A stretch of 64,000 nt of DNA from Sedimenticola sp. (GCA_027068795.1 JAMOMB010000189.1:4712-68711), one strand, 5' to 3'; shown: positions 1-9,894, counted from the first letter of the stretch. Notes: generated by a model not told the origin, from the letters alone. Translations and numbers: made by a program.

Positions 1-593
1 CAGGCAAATATCACCATCTAGTCAAGAGATGCGAAGAGGAATCGACTGTTTCTTCATTGCCCACGGGAAATGGGGAATCACGATTTCCAAGGTTTTCTGC
101 AGCCCAGGATCAAAGACCAGGTAGGGAAGAGCCCCATATCGTGGTTCAGCCTGGTTCAATGCAGGGAATTGCTCGCACGAACCACCGATCATTGCAGTTC
201 TCTCGCCAAATTCAGTTCGTATCAGATCTCTTCAATATCGACCCCTTGTTGCTCCATGCCATCGCTCATGTAGAGTCCCGGTACAATCCGCAAGCGGTTT
301 CACCCGCTGGCGCAATTGGCCTGATGCAGGTCATGCCTGCAACGGCGCTTCGGTTTGGTCTGGAGAACCCTGAAACCCGGCTGTTCGATCCCATGGACAA
401 TTTGCTGGTCAGCTCGCTGTATCTGCGCGTACTTTATCGTCACTTTGGCAATGATCTGACGCTGATCCTGGCGGCCTACAATGCTGGGGAGAATGCTGTC
501 ATCCGGCACGGACGCAAGATGCCTCCCTATCGGGAAACGAGGGAATATGTACGCAAGGTTATGGACTACTATCTGCAATTGAGAAGCGCTTGA
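1..593 (+). CDS. T3SS-associated lytic transglycosylase (SLT domain), probably 5'-truncated by the window
   Basis: SLT motifs AIAHVES (catalytic Glu), GAIGLMQVMP, AAYNAGE, ETREYV; frame stays open upstream of the TTG at 57 to the window edge. Confidence 0.88.
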   Translation, partial: GKYHHLVKRCEEESTVSSLPTGNGESRFPRFSAAQDQRPGREEPHIVVQPGSMQGIARTNHRSLQFSRQIQFVSDLFNIDPLLLHAIAHVESRYNPQAVSPAGAIGLMQVMPATALRFGLENPETRLFDPMDNLLVSSLYLRVLYRHFGNDLTLILAAYNAGENAVIRHGRKMPPYRETREYVRKVMDYYLQLRSA

Positions 594-600
594 TCAAGCA

Positions 601-2568
601 ATGAATACGTCAGCCTACTCAGCTGTGGCCAACCCCCCCGCCGGGTTACTGGCGCGCTCCAGCGATTTAATACTTGCCCTTGGAGTGGTTGCTATCATTG
701 CTTTGATGGTGCTGCCACTGCCGCTGTTGATGCTGGATGCGCTGGTGGCCATAAGCATTGTCTTTGGCTTGGTGTTGGTGCTGATGTCCGTTTATGTCTC
801 TACGCCACTCCAGTTCTCGGTTTTTCCCAGCGTATTGTTACTGAGCACCCTCTATCGACTGGCGTTGTCGGTTGCCACTACGCGCATGATTTTGCTGCAT
901 GGGGATGCTGGCAATATCATCGACACCTTCGGCAATATGGTGGCGGGGGGTAATCTGGTGGTGGGTTTGGTGGTGTTTCTCATCATTACCCTGGTGCAGT
1001 TCATCGTAATTGCCAAAGGGGCAGAGCGGGTTGCAGAAGTGGCAGCGCGCTTTTCCCTGGATGCCATGCCCGGAAAGCAGCTTTCCATTGATTCGGATCT
1101 GCGTAGCGGCCTCATTGATAAGAATGAGGCAAAGCGCAAACGCCGGGAGATCGAGCTGGAAAGCAAGTTCAATGGCAGCATGGATGGCGCCATGAAGTTT
1201 GTCAAGGGAGATGCTATCGCAGGCATCGTCATCATTCTTATCAACTTGCTGGGTGGTCTTGCCATTGGGGTAATGCAGCTTGATATGGATATGAGCGATG
1301 CCATGGCGAAATATTCTATTCTCACCGTAGGGGATGGCATGGTGGCCCAGATTCCGGCATTGCTGGCAGCGATGTCTGCAGGCCTGATTGTCACCCGTGC
1401 AACAGATGAACAAAGCGACCGGCATCTCGGGGATTCTATACACAAGCAGCTGACTTCGATTCCCAGGGTGATCCTTATCACTGGTGGGATTTCCCTGTTG
1501 CTGGCTCTTGTGCCCGGGTTTCCCAGTGATGTGTTTGTTGTTCTGGGCATACTGTTTTTGATTTCCGGGGCTTTGCTGATACCTGCCTGGAAGAATCGGG
1601 TGCAGCGGGTTTCGCAGCCTGCTTTTGAGGTCGTGATGCGAAAAAAGGAGTTGGGCCAGCCCCGGCTGCAGGCAAGCCAGGTCCCAGAGGTATCGCCGGC
1701 AGCTCCCTTGCAGCTCGAATTGCCGCGCAATTGGGCTGGTGGTGGCCGGGAGGAAGAGCTGGCTCGGGAGTTGGAAGATGTGCTGCGTGATTTCAAGGTG
1801 GATCTTGGTGTGCAGCTGCCGAGAATCGACATCCGGTGGTATCGCGGTAGCCGTGATGGTTGGCAACTGCTTGCTTATGAGGTTCCCATTGTCAAAGGCC
1901 CGCCCGTGCAGGCGGAAATCGCAGAGCTGGCTGCCCAGATACATATTGCATTGCAACGTCACATCAATCTGTTCATGGGGCTGCAGGAGGCCAGTTTTCT
2001 GCTTTCCCAGGCTTCCACGGATAATCCCGATGTAGTCAAGGAGGTGCTGCGTGTGGTGCCGATGCAGCATATCGCGGCAATCCTGAGGAATCTTGTTGAG
2101 GAGCAGGTTCCAATTCGCAACTTGCGCCTGATTCTTGAGGCGCTGATTGAGGCCGGGCAACAGGAAAAGGATGTTCACAATCTGACTGAGTATGCGCGTA
2201 TTGCCTTGCGGCGCCAGATCAGCTATCGCGTTGCCCCAGATGGGTTGCTGCGAGCAGTGATTTTGGTGCCGGAGCTTGAAGACAAGCTATTGCAGGCGAT
2301 TCGGGTTGGTGGCGGCATGGCCCAGCTATCCCTTGATCCACAGGATGCAGAAAAGGTTATGGAAATGCTGGTGAATGCTGTCAGGGAGCATCAGCCGCAG
2401 GCTGTGGTGGTCTCGGTACAACTGCGGCGGCATATTCGTCGACTCATAGAGCGTGATTGTTTCTCTACGCCGGTGCTGTCACACAATGAACTTACCCCTG
2501 AAACGAAGCTGGAGGTGGTTTCCCGCGTGGGGCTGCCCGGCACCTATCAATTGACTGCAGCGGGGTAA
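601..2568 (+). CDS. sctV: T3SS major export gate protein SctV (FlhA/LcrD/HrcV family)
   Basis: FHIPEP signature RVAEVAARFSLDAMPGKQLSIDSDL; GSMDGAMKFVKGDAIAG; multi-TM N-terminal half. Confidence 0.96.
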   Translation: MNTSAYSAVANPPAGLLARSSDLILALGVVAIIALMVLPLPLLMLDALVAISIVFGLVLVLMSVYVSTPLQFSVFPSVLLLSTLYRLALSVATTRMILLHGDAGNIIDTFGNMVAGGNLVVGLVVFLIITLVQFIVIAKGAERVAEVAARFSLDAMPGKQLSIDSDLRSGLIDKNEAKRKRREIELESKFNGSMDGAMKFVKGDAIAGIVIILINLLGGLAIGVMQLDMDMSDAMAKYSILTVGDGMVAQIPALLAAMSAGLIVTRATDEQSDRHLGDSIHKQLTSIPRVILITGGISLLLALVPGFPSDVFVVLGILFLISGALLIPAWKNRVQRVSQPAFEVVMRKKELGQPRLQASQVPEVSPAAPLQLELPRNWAGGGREEELARELEDVLRDFKVDLGVQLPRIDIRWYRGSRDGWQLLAYEVPIVKGPPVQAEIAELAAQIHIALQRHINLFMGLQEASFLLSQASTDNPDVVKEVLRVVPMQHIAAILRNLVEEQVPIRNLRLILEALIEAGQQEKDVHNLTEYARIALRRQISYRVAPDGLLRAVILVPELEDKLLQAIRVGGGMAQLSLDPQDAEKVMEMLVNAVREHQPQAVVVSVQLRRHIRRLIERDCFSTPVLSHNELTPETKLEVVSRVGLPGTYQLTAAG

Positions 2569-2636
2569 GGCGGTGCACAGCAGGCCGAAGGCATACAGGA
2601 GTATATGGGCGCCACTGAATTGATTACAAAAAACTG

Positions 2637-4589
2637 ATGCGAGTCATGCATAAGGATATGAAAAAAAACAAGAACTCATTTTTTGCTATTGCCAAGCTGG
2701 CAGCAGGTTTGCTGCTGCTTGTTTCGCTGTCTGTACAAGCCGGGGATCCACCCAACTTTGATAAAAGCGTTAACCTGGTGGCGCGAGAACAGCCGCTTGC
2801 TTCCTTCCTGGGAGATCTTTTTGGGCAGATCGGGATGCCAACCATTGTGGATGCGCAGGTAGAAGGAAAGGTCAACGGTAATTTTACCGGCGTTGCAGTT
2901 CGCCAAGTCTTCAACGATATCGCCCGTTCCTTCGGATTGGTGATGTTCTATGATGGAGCAGTTGTCTTCATCTATACAGGCAAGGATGTGTCACGCCGTA
3001 TACTCGCGGTTCCCGACCACATCACCCGGCGGGTAATGAAGAATGCCACTGACCTGCGCCTCATCGATGAGCAGAATCGTTTGCGCGCCTCGCGTGATGG
3101 TGGTTTGGTGGTGACTGGCACCAAGCGTTTCCTGGAGCTGATAGAGGAAATGGTGTATGCCGCACAAAGTAACCTGCAGAGTTATGAACCCCCCTTCAGC
3201 TTTCGTGTATTTTACCTAAAGTATGCCTGGGCTCAGGATGTGGTGCTGCGCTTTGGCGGCCGCCAGGTGGTTGTGCCCGGTGTAGCCAGCACTCTGCGCC
3301 GACTGGTTAGCGATACATCGAGTGCGGCTGCCCACTCTGTTTACCGGGAAACCCTCATTTCACCGTCATTGCCTGGTATGCGGGGGCAGGGGCTGGCATC
3401 AATTGGCAAAGAAGGGCGGCTGGGTTTGCCTGATTCAAATGCGGAAGCAAGAAATGATGCGCGATCTTCTCCAGATACCCCCCATTCTGGAACGCCGGAC
3501 AGTTTTGGGCAGATCTATTACTCACAAAGCACCAAAAGCCAGGTGCGTATAGAAGCTGATCCACGCCTGAATGCGATTATTGTGCGCGATGCGCCCAACC
3601 GGATTTCCCGGTACAAGGAATTGATCAAGGCGCTGGATGTAGAGCCACAGATGCTGGAGATTGAAGCGACTATCATCGATATATATCAGGATCGGATGCT
3701 GGAGCTGGGGATAAACTGGCGCTGGATGAATGGTGATGATGAGGTGTTGTTTGGCACCGGTGACGGCTCAGATTTGTTGCTGCGCCCTGGTCGTCCCGTC
3801 ACGCCCATGGGGCGAGGGGGATTTGTCTCTTTTGTGCTGGGCGATAAAGCAAAATTCATAGGCCGAATCAATGCCCTTGAGGCGAAGGGTGCGGCGCGTA
3901 TCGTCACCAGTCCCCATGTGCTTACGTTGTCCAATGTGGAAGCGATCTTCGATACCAGTTCTACCTTCTTTGTGCGTGTGGAAGGCAACTATGAGGTGGA
4001 TCTGTACAACATTTCGGTAGGCACCTCGTTGCGGGTTACACCGCATGTATTCAAGGACGATGGTGAGACCAGAATCAAGTTGCTGATTACCGTCGAGGAC
4101 GGGAAACAACGAGACCAGACGGTGGATCGCATACCGGTAATTGAAACCTCCAGTATCAACACCCAGGCGTTGATTGGTTCGAAAGACAGCATTCTGATCG
4201 GGGGACTGGTAAGGGAGGTTAGCAGTGACTCCGAGGACAAAGTGCCGTTTGTGGGTGACTTGCCGTTGCTGGGTAATCTGTTCAAGACCAATAAACGCAG
4301 CGGAGAACGGGTTGAGCGCCTGTTCCTTATTTCCCCGAGATTGGTGCCAAGAAACCAACACTTGGCCAGCTATCCATCGGCGACGGATGCTGCCTTGGGT
4401 CGCTTCCGTTCCGGCGGCATGGAGAGGGAGGGGAAAACGCTGATAGACCGGCTTGAACAAAAGCAGATACGGGAATGGAGTAAAGCGCCGGTACCGCTGC
4501 CGGCAAAACAGCCCGAGGAAACGTACATGGAGGGGCGAGGAGCGGGAAAGAGTTTCCAGCATTGGGAACGGGAAAACATTGAACTGTAA
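2637..4589 (+). CDS. sctC: T3SS outer-membrane secretin SctC (start may be ATG 2658)
   Basis: Signal peptide; FYLKYAWAQD...VPGVASTL and IEADPRLNAIIVRD motifs; secretin C-terminal motif KVPFVGDLPLLGNLFK...ERLFLISPR. Confidence 0.95.
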   Translation: MRVMHKDMKKNKNSFFAIAKLAAGLLLLVSLSVQAGDPPNFDKSVNLVAREQPLASFLGDLFGQIGMPTIVDAQVEGKVNGNFTGVAVRQVFNDIARSFGLVMFYDGAVVFIYTGKDVSRRILAVPDHITRRVMKNATDLRLIDEQNRLRASRDGGLVVTGTKRFLELIEEMVYAAQSNLQSYEPPFSFRVFYLKYAWAQDVVLRFGGRQVVVPGVASTLRRLVSDTSSAAAHSVYRETLISPSLPGMRGQGLASIGKEGRLGLPDSNAEARNDARSSPDTPHSGTPDSFGQIYYSQSTKSQVRIEADPRLNAIIVRDAPNRISRYKELIKALDVEPQMLEIEATIIDIYQDRMLELGINWRWMNGDDEVLFGTGDGSDLLLRPGRPVTPMGRGGFVSFVLGDKAKFIGRINALEAKGAARIVTSPHVLTLSNVEAIFDTSSTFFVRVEGNYEVDLYNISVGTSLRVTPHVFKDDGETRIKLLITVEDGKQRDQTVDRIPVIETSSINTQALIGSKDSILIGGLVREVSSDSEDKVPFVGDLPLLGNLFKTNKRSGERVERLFLISPRLVPRNQHLASYPSATDAALGRFRSGGMEREGKTLIDRLEQKQIREWSKAPVPLPAKQPEETYMEGRGAGKSFQHWERENIEL

Positions 4590-4592
4590 ACA

Positions 4593-4657
4593 GCCTTTTT
4601 CTTTTGCGTGTACTTTTCTTGGTACGGAAAAAGCGCTGCTGCAAGGGCCGGAAAGGC
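4593..4657 (+). other. Intercistronic stem-loop between sctC and sctD
   Basis: GCCTTTTTCTTTTGC pairs with GCAAGGG(CC)GGAAAGGC; inner GTGT/GCGC and TTTTCT/GGAAAA stems; several G-U pairs. Confidence 0.6.
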
Positions 4658-4672
4658 GAACGGGAGCAAGCG

Positions 4673-5779
4673 ATGAATGATGCAAGATCACTGGAACTGG
4701 TCGTTGTCGAAGGAGAACAAGCTGGAGCAAGCACGGTGATCAGATCAGGTTGCAGGTTGACCGTGGGGGCCACCTTGGACAACGATGTCGTCTTGCGGGA
4801 TTCTGGTTTATCTGATACTCAAATTTTACTTGAGCTAAACCAGGATGTGCTAATTCTGTCCATTGCATCGGGAGAAGCTGATCTGGCTGGTGAAAGACTG
4901 GTTGCCGGTGATGTAACTCGAATGCCGCTCTATACCACGTTACATATTGGCAACAGCGTGATTGCCTGCGGTGAATCGGGCAGTGCTCATTGGGGGGAGC
5001 TCCTCGCCAAACTTCAATCTACAGATGAAAAACTGCCGGAAGTCGCTAGCGCCACTACGACTCCTGTTTCCCGGCAGCAGCCTGTTATGCAGCGTCACGG
5101 TGGCTTGTTCCTGTGGCTGTTCATTGGCTCTGCCCTATTGCTGGCTTTATTTGGTGGTGGTCGGGAAAAGGCCCCACGGATCGATATGGCGCAACAAGTC
5201 CAAATCTTGCGGGAACAGATTCAGCAATTGGGGTTTGCAGAGCTGAAGGTTCAAGTTGAAGAGGAGGCGGTGCTAGTGATTCGTGGTTACCTGAAAGAAA
5301 CAAGGCATTATGCCATGTTGGAAGCATTGCTGGAGAAGCATGAGGTGGCTGCTTCACTCGAGGTTCGGGTTGGTGAAAAACTGGCAGCTGAGGTAAAGGA
5401 TATCTATCGTGTACAGGGGATCAGCGCTGAAGTTGAAGCCTTGGGTTCAAAGCAAGTAAAGGTTATGACGCGGGAAGAGGATGTCGGGCATTTGCAGGAG
5501 GTCAGGGCGATTGCCATCAGGGATGCTGGACTTGAGGACATCGTGGCTTACAACGAACCGCCGGAAGCGCCGCCCGAAGCAGTAGTGGTGAAGAGGAAGC
5601 TGGATCCGGGAGAGGCGGTGACCATGGTCGTAGCTGGTGATCCCGCCTATGTAGTAACCACGGATCAGGCGCGGTATTTTATTGGTTCATTGCTGCCCAC
5701 CGGGCACAGGATAGCCGCCATTACGGGTGCTGCCGTTCTGCTGGAAAAAGAGGGTGCCTGGATCACTTTAAATTTTTGA
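4673..5779 (+). CDS. sctD: T3SS inner-membrane ring protein SctD
   Basis: N-terminal FHA-like region (LVVVEGEQAGA...VGATLDNDVVL), one TM, C-terminal AYVVTTDQARYFIGSLLPTGH as in YscD/HrcD; follows sctC. Confidence 0.88.
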   Translation: MNDARSLELVVVEGEQAGASTVIRSGCRLTVGATLDNDVVLRDSGLSDTQILLELNQDVLILSIASGEADLAGERLVAGDVTRMPLYTTLHIGNSVIACGESGSAHWGELLAKLQSTDEKLPEVASATTTPVSRQQPVMQRHGGLFLWLFIGSALLLALFGGGREKAPRIDMAQQVQILREQIQQLGFAELKVQVEEEAVLVIRGYLKETRHYAMLEALLEKHEVAASLEVRVGEKLAAEVKDIYRVQGISAEVEALGSKQVKVMTREEDVGHLQEVRAIAIRDAGLEDIVAYNEPPEAPPEAVVVKRKLDPGEAVTMVVAGDPAYVVTTDQARYFIGSLLPTGHRIAAITGAAVLLEKEGAWITLNF

Positions 5780-5894
5780 AACCGTAACGGTGAAAAACAC
5801 CTGGGACATGCCCAGGCAACAAGCAACCCCGGGTTTGCAAAACCCAAGCAGGTGTAATGCATTATTTCACTTCATATTGATAGAGGTAAGAACA

Positions 5895-6191
5895 ATGACG
5901 ACAACGAACATGAATGCCATTCTGGGTGCCAATGCTTCTGTTTCCGGTAGCGGAAAATCTTCTGATGCGAGTTGGTTTGAAGCCATGGCGGAAGCCTGGG
6001 GAAAGGCGCTGGACAAGCAGGCTGCGCGTATCGAGGAGATGTCCAATGCCATTGGAGATGGAGCGAGCTCCCCGGCTGATATAACCAAGCTGACTGCAGA
6101 ATCCCTGACCATGTCCTTTATGTCCAATAGTTCGCACACGGCCCTGACCAGTGCCGGGTCGGCGCTGGAAACCATGGCCAGAAAGCAATAG
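5895..6191 (+). CDS. Probable T3SS needle/pilus subunit (SctF-like), 98 aa
   Basis: RBS GAGGT; small Ala/Ser-rich helical hairpin with SSPAD turn; lies between sctD and sctI/sctJ. Confidence 0.6.
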   Translation: MTTTNMNAILGANASVSGSGKSSDASWFEAMAEAWGKALDKQAARIEEMSNAIGDGASSPADITKLTAESLTMSFMSNSSHTALTSAGSALETMARKQ

Positions 6192-6207
6192 GAGAGGGGA
6201 GTTTCTC

Positions 6208-6600
6208 ATGATAAACGATATGCTGCCCATGCAGGTGGCGTCGGTTGCCGCTACCCAGATGCAGCCCGCCCAGCAGGTAAACATGGGGTATGGTGCATCG
6301 CTTTCGGATATTTCTTCGTTTCAGCAAAGCCTGGATCGTGCCAGTCAAGCGAGCAAGGTACAGGCTTCAAATGAAGCCGTAACGGCTGTATTGAAACCAC
6401 TGGGTTTTATCAATACCGAGGCCGCAGAGTTGCTTGACTATGCCAAATCAGCGGTTGCGAGTGGAAAAGAACTTACCCCCAGTGAGATTGTGCTGCTGAC
6501 AGCACGCAGTCATGAGTTCATGTTCCACGCCCAGTTGACAGCAAATGTGGCCAATCGTACCGCTGAAGGGTTGCAGCAATTGTTCCGGCAGCAGAATTAG
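6208..6600 (+). CDS. sctI: T3SS inner rod protein SctI (YscI/HrpB-like)
   Basis: C-terminal TPSEIVLL...QLTANVANRTAEGLQQLFRQQ resembles the inner-rod motif; immediately upstream of sctJ. Confidence 0.72.
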   Translation: MINDMLPMQVASVAATQMQPAQQVNMGYGASLSDISSFQQSLDRASQASKVQASNEAVTAVLKPLGFINTEAAELLDYAKSAVASGKELTPSEIVLLTARSHEFMFHAQLTANVANRTAEGLQQLFRQQN

Positions 6601-6609
6601 GATACGCCG

Positions 6610-7359
6610 ATGAAACAGGCAATCTGTATGGTGCTGGTGCTGTTGTTGCTGACAGGCTGCAATAGCGAAACCCTCTATTCCCAGCTTTCGGAGCAGGAAG
6701 CCAACGAGATGGTGGCGCTACTGTACAACGCGGGTATTGAAGCCCGAAAAATCTCTTCAAAAGACGATACTTTTGCAGTATCCACGGTGCGGGATCATTT
6801 TTCCCGTGCTGTGGAGCTGTTACGGAGTAACGGTTATCCACGCAACCGCTTTGTCAGTTTGGGTGAGGTATTCAAGAAGGAAGGCTTTGTTTCCTCACCT
6901 CTCGAGGAACGGGCGAGGCTCAACTATGCGCAGTCGCAGGAGTTGACCAAAACCATTGAAAGCATCGACGGGGTGATTCTGGCGCGAGTGCATTTGGCTG
7001 TGCCCGAGGCGGATCCACTCAGCGAGAAGGTTCAGCCATCCTCGGCGTCTGTATTTATCAAGTACAGACGTGGAATGGACTTTTCCAAACATGTGGGGCA
7101 AATCAAGGCAATGGTGGTCAATAGTGTTGAAGGTTTGCCCTATGACAATGTCACTGTAGCGCTGTTTCCTGCTGCGCCCATGCCGGCGAGAAAGCCAGTT
7201 GCTTCCCCGCCGGTCAAGCCATTGGATCTGGAAGCTGTACCTATCCCGGCTGTTGCCTTGGGGGGCGTTACAGCCATGCTGGGTGGGCTGGGGACCTGGC
7301 TGTTCCTGCGCCGACGCAAAGATGCCGGCAGCCTGCCGATGGAGCATAGAGGGGAGTGA
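6610..7359 (+). CDS. sctJ: T3SS inner-membrane ring lipoprotein SctJ
   Basis: Lipobox LTGC; LYSQLSEQEANEM, SSPLEERAR, IDGVILARVHL, SSASVFIKY; C-terminal TM followed by RRRK. Confidence 0.96.
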   Translation: MKQAICMVLVLLLLTGCNSETLYSQLSEQEANEMVALLYNAGIEARKISSKDDTFAVSTVRDHFSRAVELLRSNGYPRNRFVSLGEVFKKEGFVSSPLEERARLNYAQSQELTKTIESIDGVILARVHLAVPEADPLSEKVQPSSASVFIKYRRGMDFSKHVGQIKAMVVNSVEGLPYDNVTVALFPAAPMPARKPVASPPVKPLDLEAVPIPAVALGGVTAMLGGLGTWLFLRRRKDAGSLPMEHRGE

Positions 7360-7919
7360 TGGAGGTATCTGTCCCGGTAGAAACTGTTGAAGAGATTCGA
7401 CGGGCCAGGCTAGCCCGCGCCCGGGCAGCCGCCTTGCTGTTGGAATTGCATCCTGAAGAAGATGAGATACCACTGTCTTGGCCACAATTGTTGATGGTGC
7501 CTGAGTGGTGTTTTTGGGAAGAACCCCGACGAAAACACTTGGTTCTTGTTGCCGGGGCGTTGTTTGTCTCTCCAGCCATGCGTTTGTGGATTGATGCCGA
7601 CCGGATCAGGCAAGCCAGAATACTCCTTGGAGAGGCGGCTTTTGAAGCGATATTGGCAAGTGAAGTGGCGCCAAAAGATCTGCTCCGGGTGCCGAAAGAA
7701 GAGTGTCTGGAGAGCATATTTTCTTCTGCTGGTGAGTCTGTGTTGTTATCCAGCCTGGAGCCCTCATTGCAACACCATTGTAGGTTTATTTTGGGAAAGA
7801 ATGCCGACATGATACCGCAGCCTGTTGCAACGCTGCTTGCCAATGAAGCGATGGCTGTACAGCAAAAAGTGCAGCAAGACAAAGATGTTGATGATGGCGC
7901 ACCGGGGCGCAAAGAATGA
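7356..7919 (+). CDS. Hypothetical protein, positional SctK equivalent
   Basis: Overlaps sctJ and sctL by 4 nt each; size and slot of SctK; no motif recognised. Confidence 0.55.
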   Translation: MMEVSVPVETVEEIRRARLARARAAALLLELHPEEDEIPLSWPQLLMVPEWCFWEEPRRKHLVLVAGALFVSPAMRLWIDADRIRQARILLGEAAFEAILASEVAPKDLLRVPKEECLESIFSSAGESVLLSSLEPSLQHHCRFILGKNADMIPQPVATLLANEAMAVQQKVQQDKDVDDGAPGRKE

Positions 7920-8584
7920 CTTATGTGACGTTGATCCAAGATCCAATGCTCAGTCTTGCCAGTGACAAGCTGGTGATTCCCGCAACGGAACTCCCAGCAG
8001 TGCTGGATGCGGTAGACCTGGCAAGTAATTTGGCGCGTCTTTTGAATGAGGAAAAACACCGTATTGAGGCCGCAGAACGGGATGGTTTTGAAAATGGCTA
8101 CGAGCGAGGCAGGGAAGAAGGATTACGGCAGGCGCTGGACGACCTCTCTACGGGATTGAAAGCCCTTTCCGAGAAAATGGATCGGCGAGAAGATGAATTG
8201 CAACGCTCTGTAGCCAGGCTTGCGATAGAGATTGTACGGAAAATTGCAGTAGAAGTGGGCGCCAGAGAGATGGTTGTCTCCTTGGCGCAAACTGCAGCCA
8301 GGGAGTTGGTTTCCACGGAAAGAATTGTTGTGGCAGTACACCCCAAGATGCTGGAAACAGTTGTTGAGCAGTTACGGATGCCGACGGGCAAGGCGGGGTA
8401 CCAGCGTCTAGAGGTGCAGGCAGATGATGCTCTGGATCCGTTTGATTGTGTTTTGCATACGAAAAGCGGTAGCGTCGTTGCCGGGTTGGATGCCCAGCTG
8501 GAGAACCTACAGAGAGTGCTGGAAGAGGCAGGTGAAAAATCTGCCGTCGAACCGGTTCTATGCAGAACGTGGCGCCATCAATGA
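7916..8584 (+). CDS. sctL: T3SS stator SctL (FliH family)
   Basis: AERDGFENGYERGREEG GxxxG repeats; VAVHP; C-terminal SGSVVAGLDAQLE. Confidence 0.9.
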   Translation: MTYVTLIQDPMLSLASDKLVIPATELPAVLDAVDLASNLARLLNEEKHRIEAAERDGFENGYERGREEGLRQALDDLSTGLKALSEKMDRREDELQRSVARLAIEIVRKIAVEVGAREMVVSLAQTAARELVSTERIVVAVHPKMLETVVEQLRMPTGKAGYQRLEVQADDALDPFDCVLHTKSGSVVAGLDAQLENLQRVLEEAGEKSAVEPVLCRTWRHQ

Positions 8585-9894
8585 CAGTCCAAGGGGATAT
8601 TTTTTCGGCACTCCGTCATGCGCAACCCCTGGTGCGCAAAGGGCGCGTGGTACAGGCATACGGTACCACGGTCAGAGTGAGTGGGTTACATGCCCGCATT
8701 GGCCAGCAATGCCTGATTACGGATCGCCAGAGTGGATATCGTGTAGTGGCGGATGTGGTGGGATTGGAAGACGGGCAGGCGATCCTGTTGCCTTTGGGCA
8801 ATCTACAGGGAATCGCGGCGCATGCGGATGTGGAGCTGTTGCAAGAGCAGTCTCAGGTGGTTTTTGGTGATGCCTTGCTGGGTCGAATTCTAGATGGGTT
8901 GGGGCAGCCTTTGGATGGGCGCCCCTTGCCCGAGGGCCTGAGTATGCGCCCACTACATGCAGAAGCGCCCGCGCCATTGCAACGGCAACCCATACGGGAG
9001 CAATTTTCGACCGGTGTGCGCGCCATCGATGCCATGCTTACCACGGGTGTTGGTCAACGCTTGGGGGTATTCGCCATGGCGGGAGGGGGGAAGTCCACCT
9101 TGCTGGCGATGTTGGCGAAGCAGGCCAGCACAGATGTGATCGTAATTGGGCTGATCGGTGAGCGAGGCCGGGAAGTGCATGAATTTATTGAACAGAACCT
9201 GGGGAAATCCGGGTTGTGTCGATCTGTGGTGGTGGTCTCGACTTCTGATCGGCCGGCAATGGAAAGGGTGCGGGCGGCGCATGCGGCCATGGCCATTGCA
9301 GAGGGTTTCAGGGAACAGGGCAAGCAGGTGTTGTTGCTAATGGATTCGGTAACCCGTTTTGCCCGGGCGCTACGAGAGATTGGACTGTCGGTGGGGGAGC
9401 CAGCTGTTCGCCGCGGCTATCCGCCATCTGTGTTTGCTGAACTTCCACGGTTATTTGAACGCAGTGGGAATGATCATCGTGGTTCCATCACTGCTTTCTT
9501 TACTGTCCTTACCGAGGATGAACATGGAGAAGACCCCATTGCTGAAGAGGTTCGTTCCATTCTTGATGGGCATATCGTGCTCACTCGCGAGCTGGCTCGC
9601 AGAGGCCATTATCCCCCCATTGATGTATTGGCAAGCGCCAGCCGGCTGTTCTCCACGGTAGCGTCCAGAGAACAGCAGGAAGCTGCACATAAATTACGGT
9701 CCCTGTTGGCGAAGTACGATGAAATCGAATTGCTCCTCCAGGTGGGTGAATATCGGGAAGGTGCGGATATGCTGGCAGATGAAGCCATTGCCAAACGGCC
9801 CGCCATAGAGCAATTGTGCCGCCAGCATCCCGAGGAATCATCAGATCTGGAGCAGGCGGTTTCCTTGCTTCTGGAGGTGGCTGGAAGTGCCTAG
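8581..9894 (+). CDS. sctN: T3SS ATPase SctN (FliI/YscN family)
   Basis: Walker A AMAGGGKST, GERGREV, Walker B LLLMDS, GYPPSVF, RSILDGHIVL; ATGA overlap with sctL. Confidence 0.97.
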   Translation: MTVQGDIFSALRHAQPLVRKGRVVQAYGTTVRVSGLHARIGQQCLITDRQSGYRVVADVVGLEDGQAILLPLGNLQGIAAHADVELLQEQSQVVFGDALLGRILDGLGQPLDGRPLPEGLSMRPLHAEAPAPLQRQPIREQFSTGVRAIDAMLTTGVGQRLGVFAMAGGGKSTLLAMLAKQASTDVIVIGLIGERGREVHEFIEQNLGKSGLCRSVVVVSTSDRPAMERVRAAHAAMAIAEGFREQGKQVLLLMDSVTRFARALREIGLSVGEPAVRRGYPPSVFAELPRLFERSGNDHRGSITAFFTVLTEDEHGEDPIAEEVRSILDGHIVLTRELARRGHYPPIDVLASASRLFSTVASREQQEAAHKLRSLLAKYDEIELLLQVGEYREGADMLADEAIAKRPAIEQLCRQHPEESSDLEQAVSLLLEVAGSA

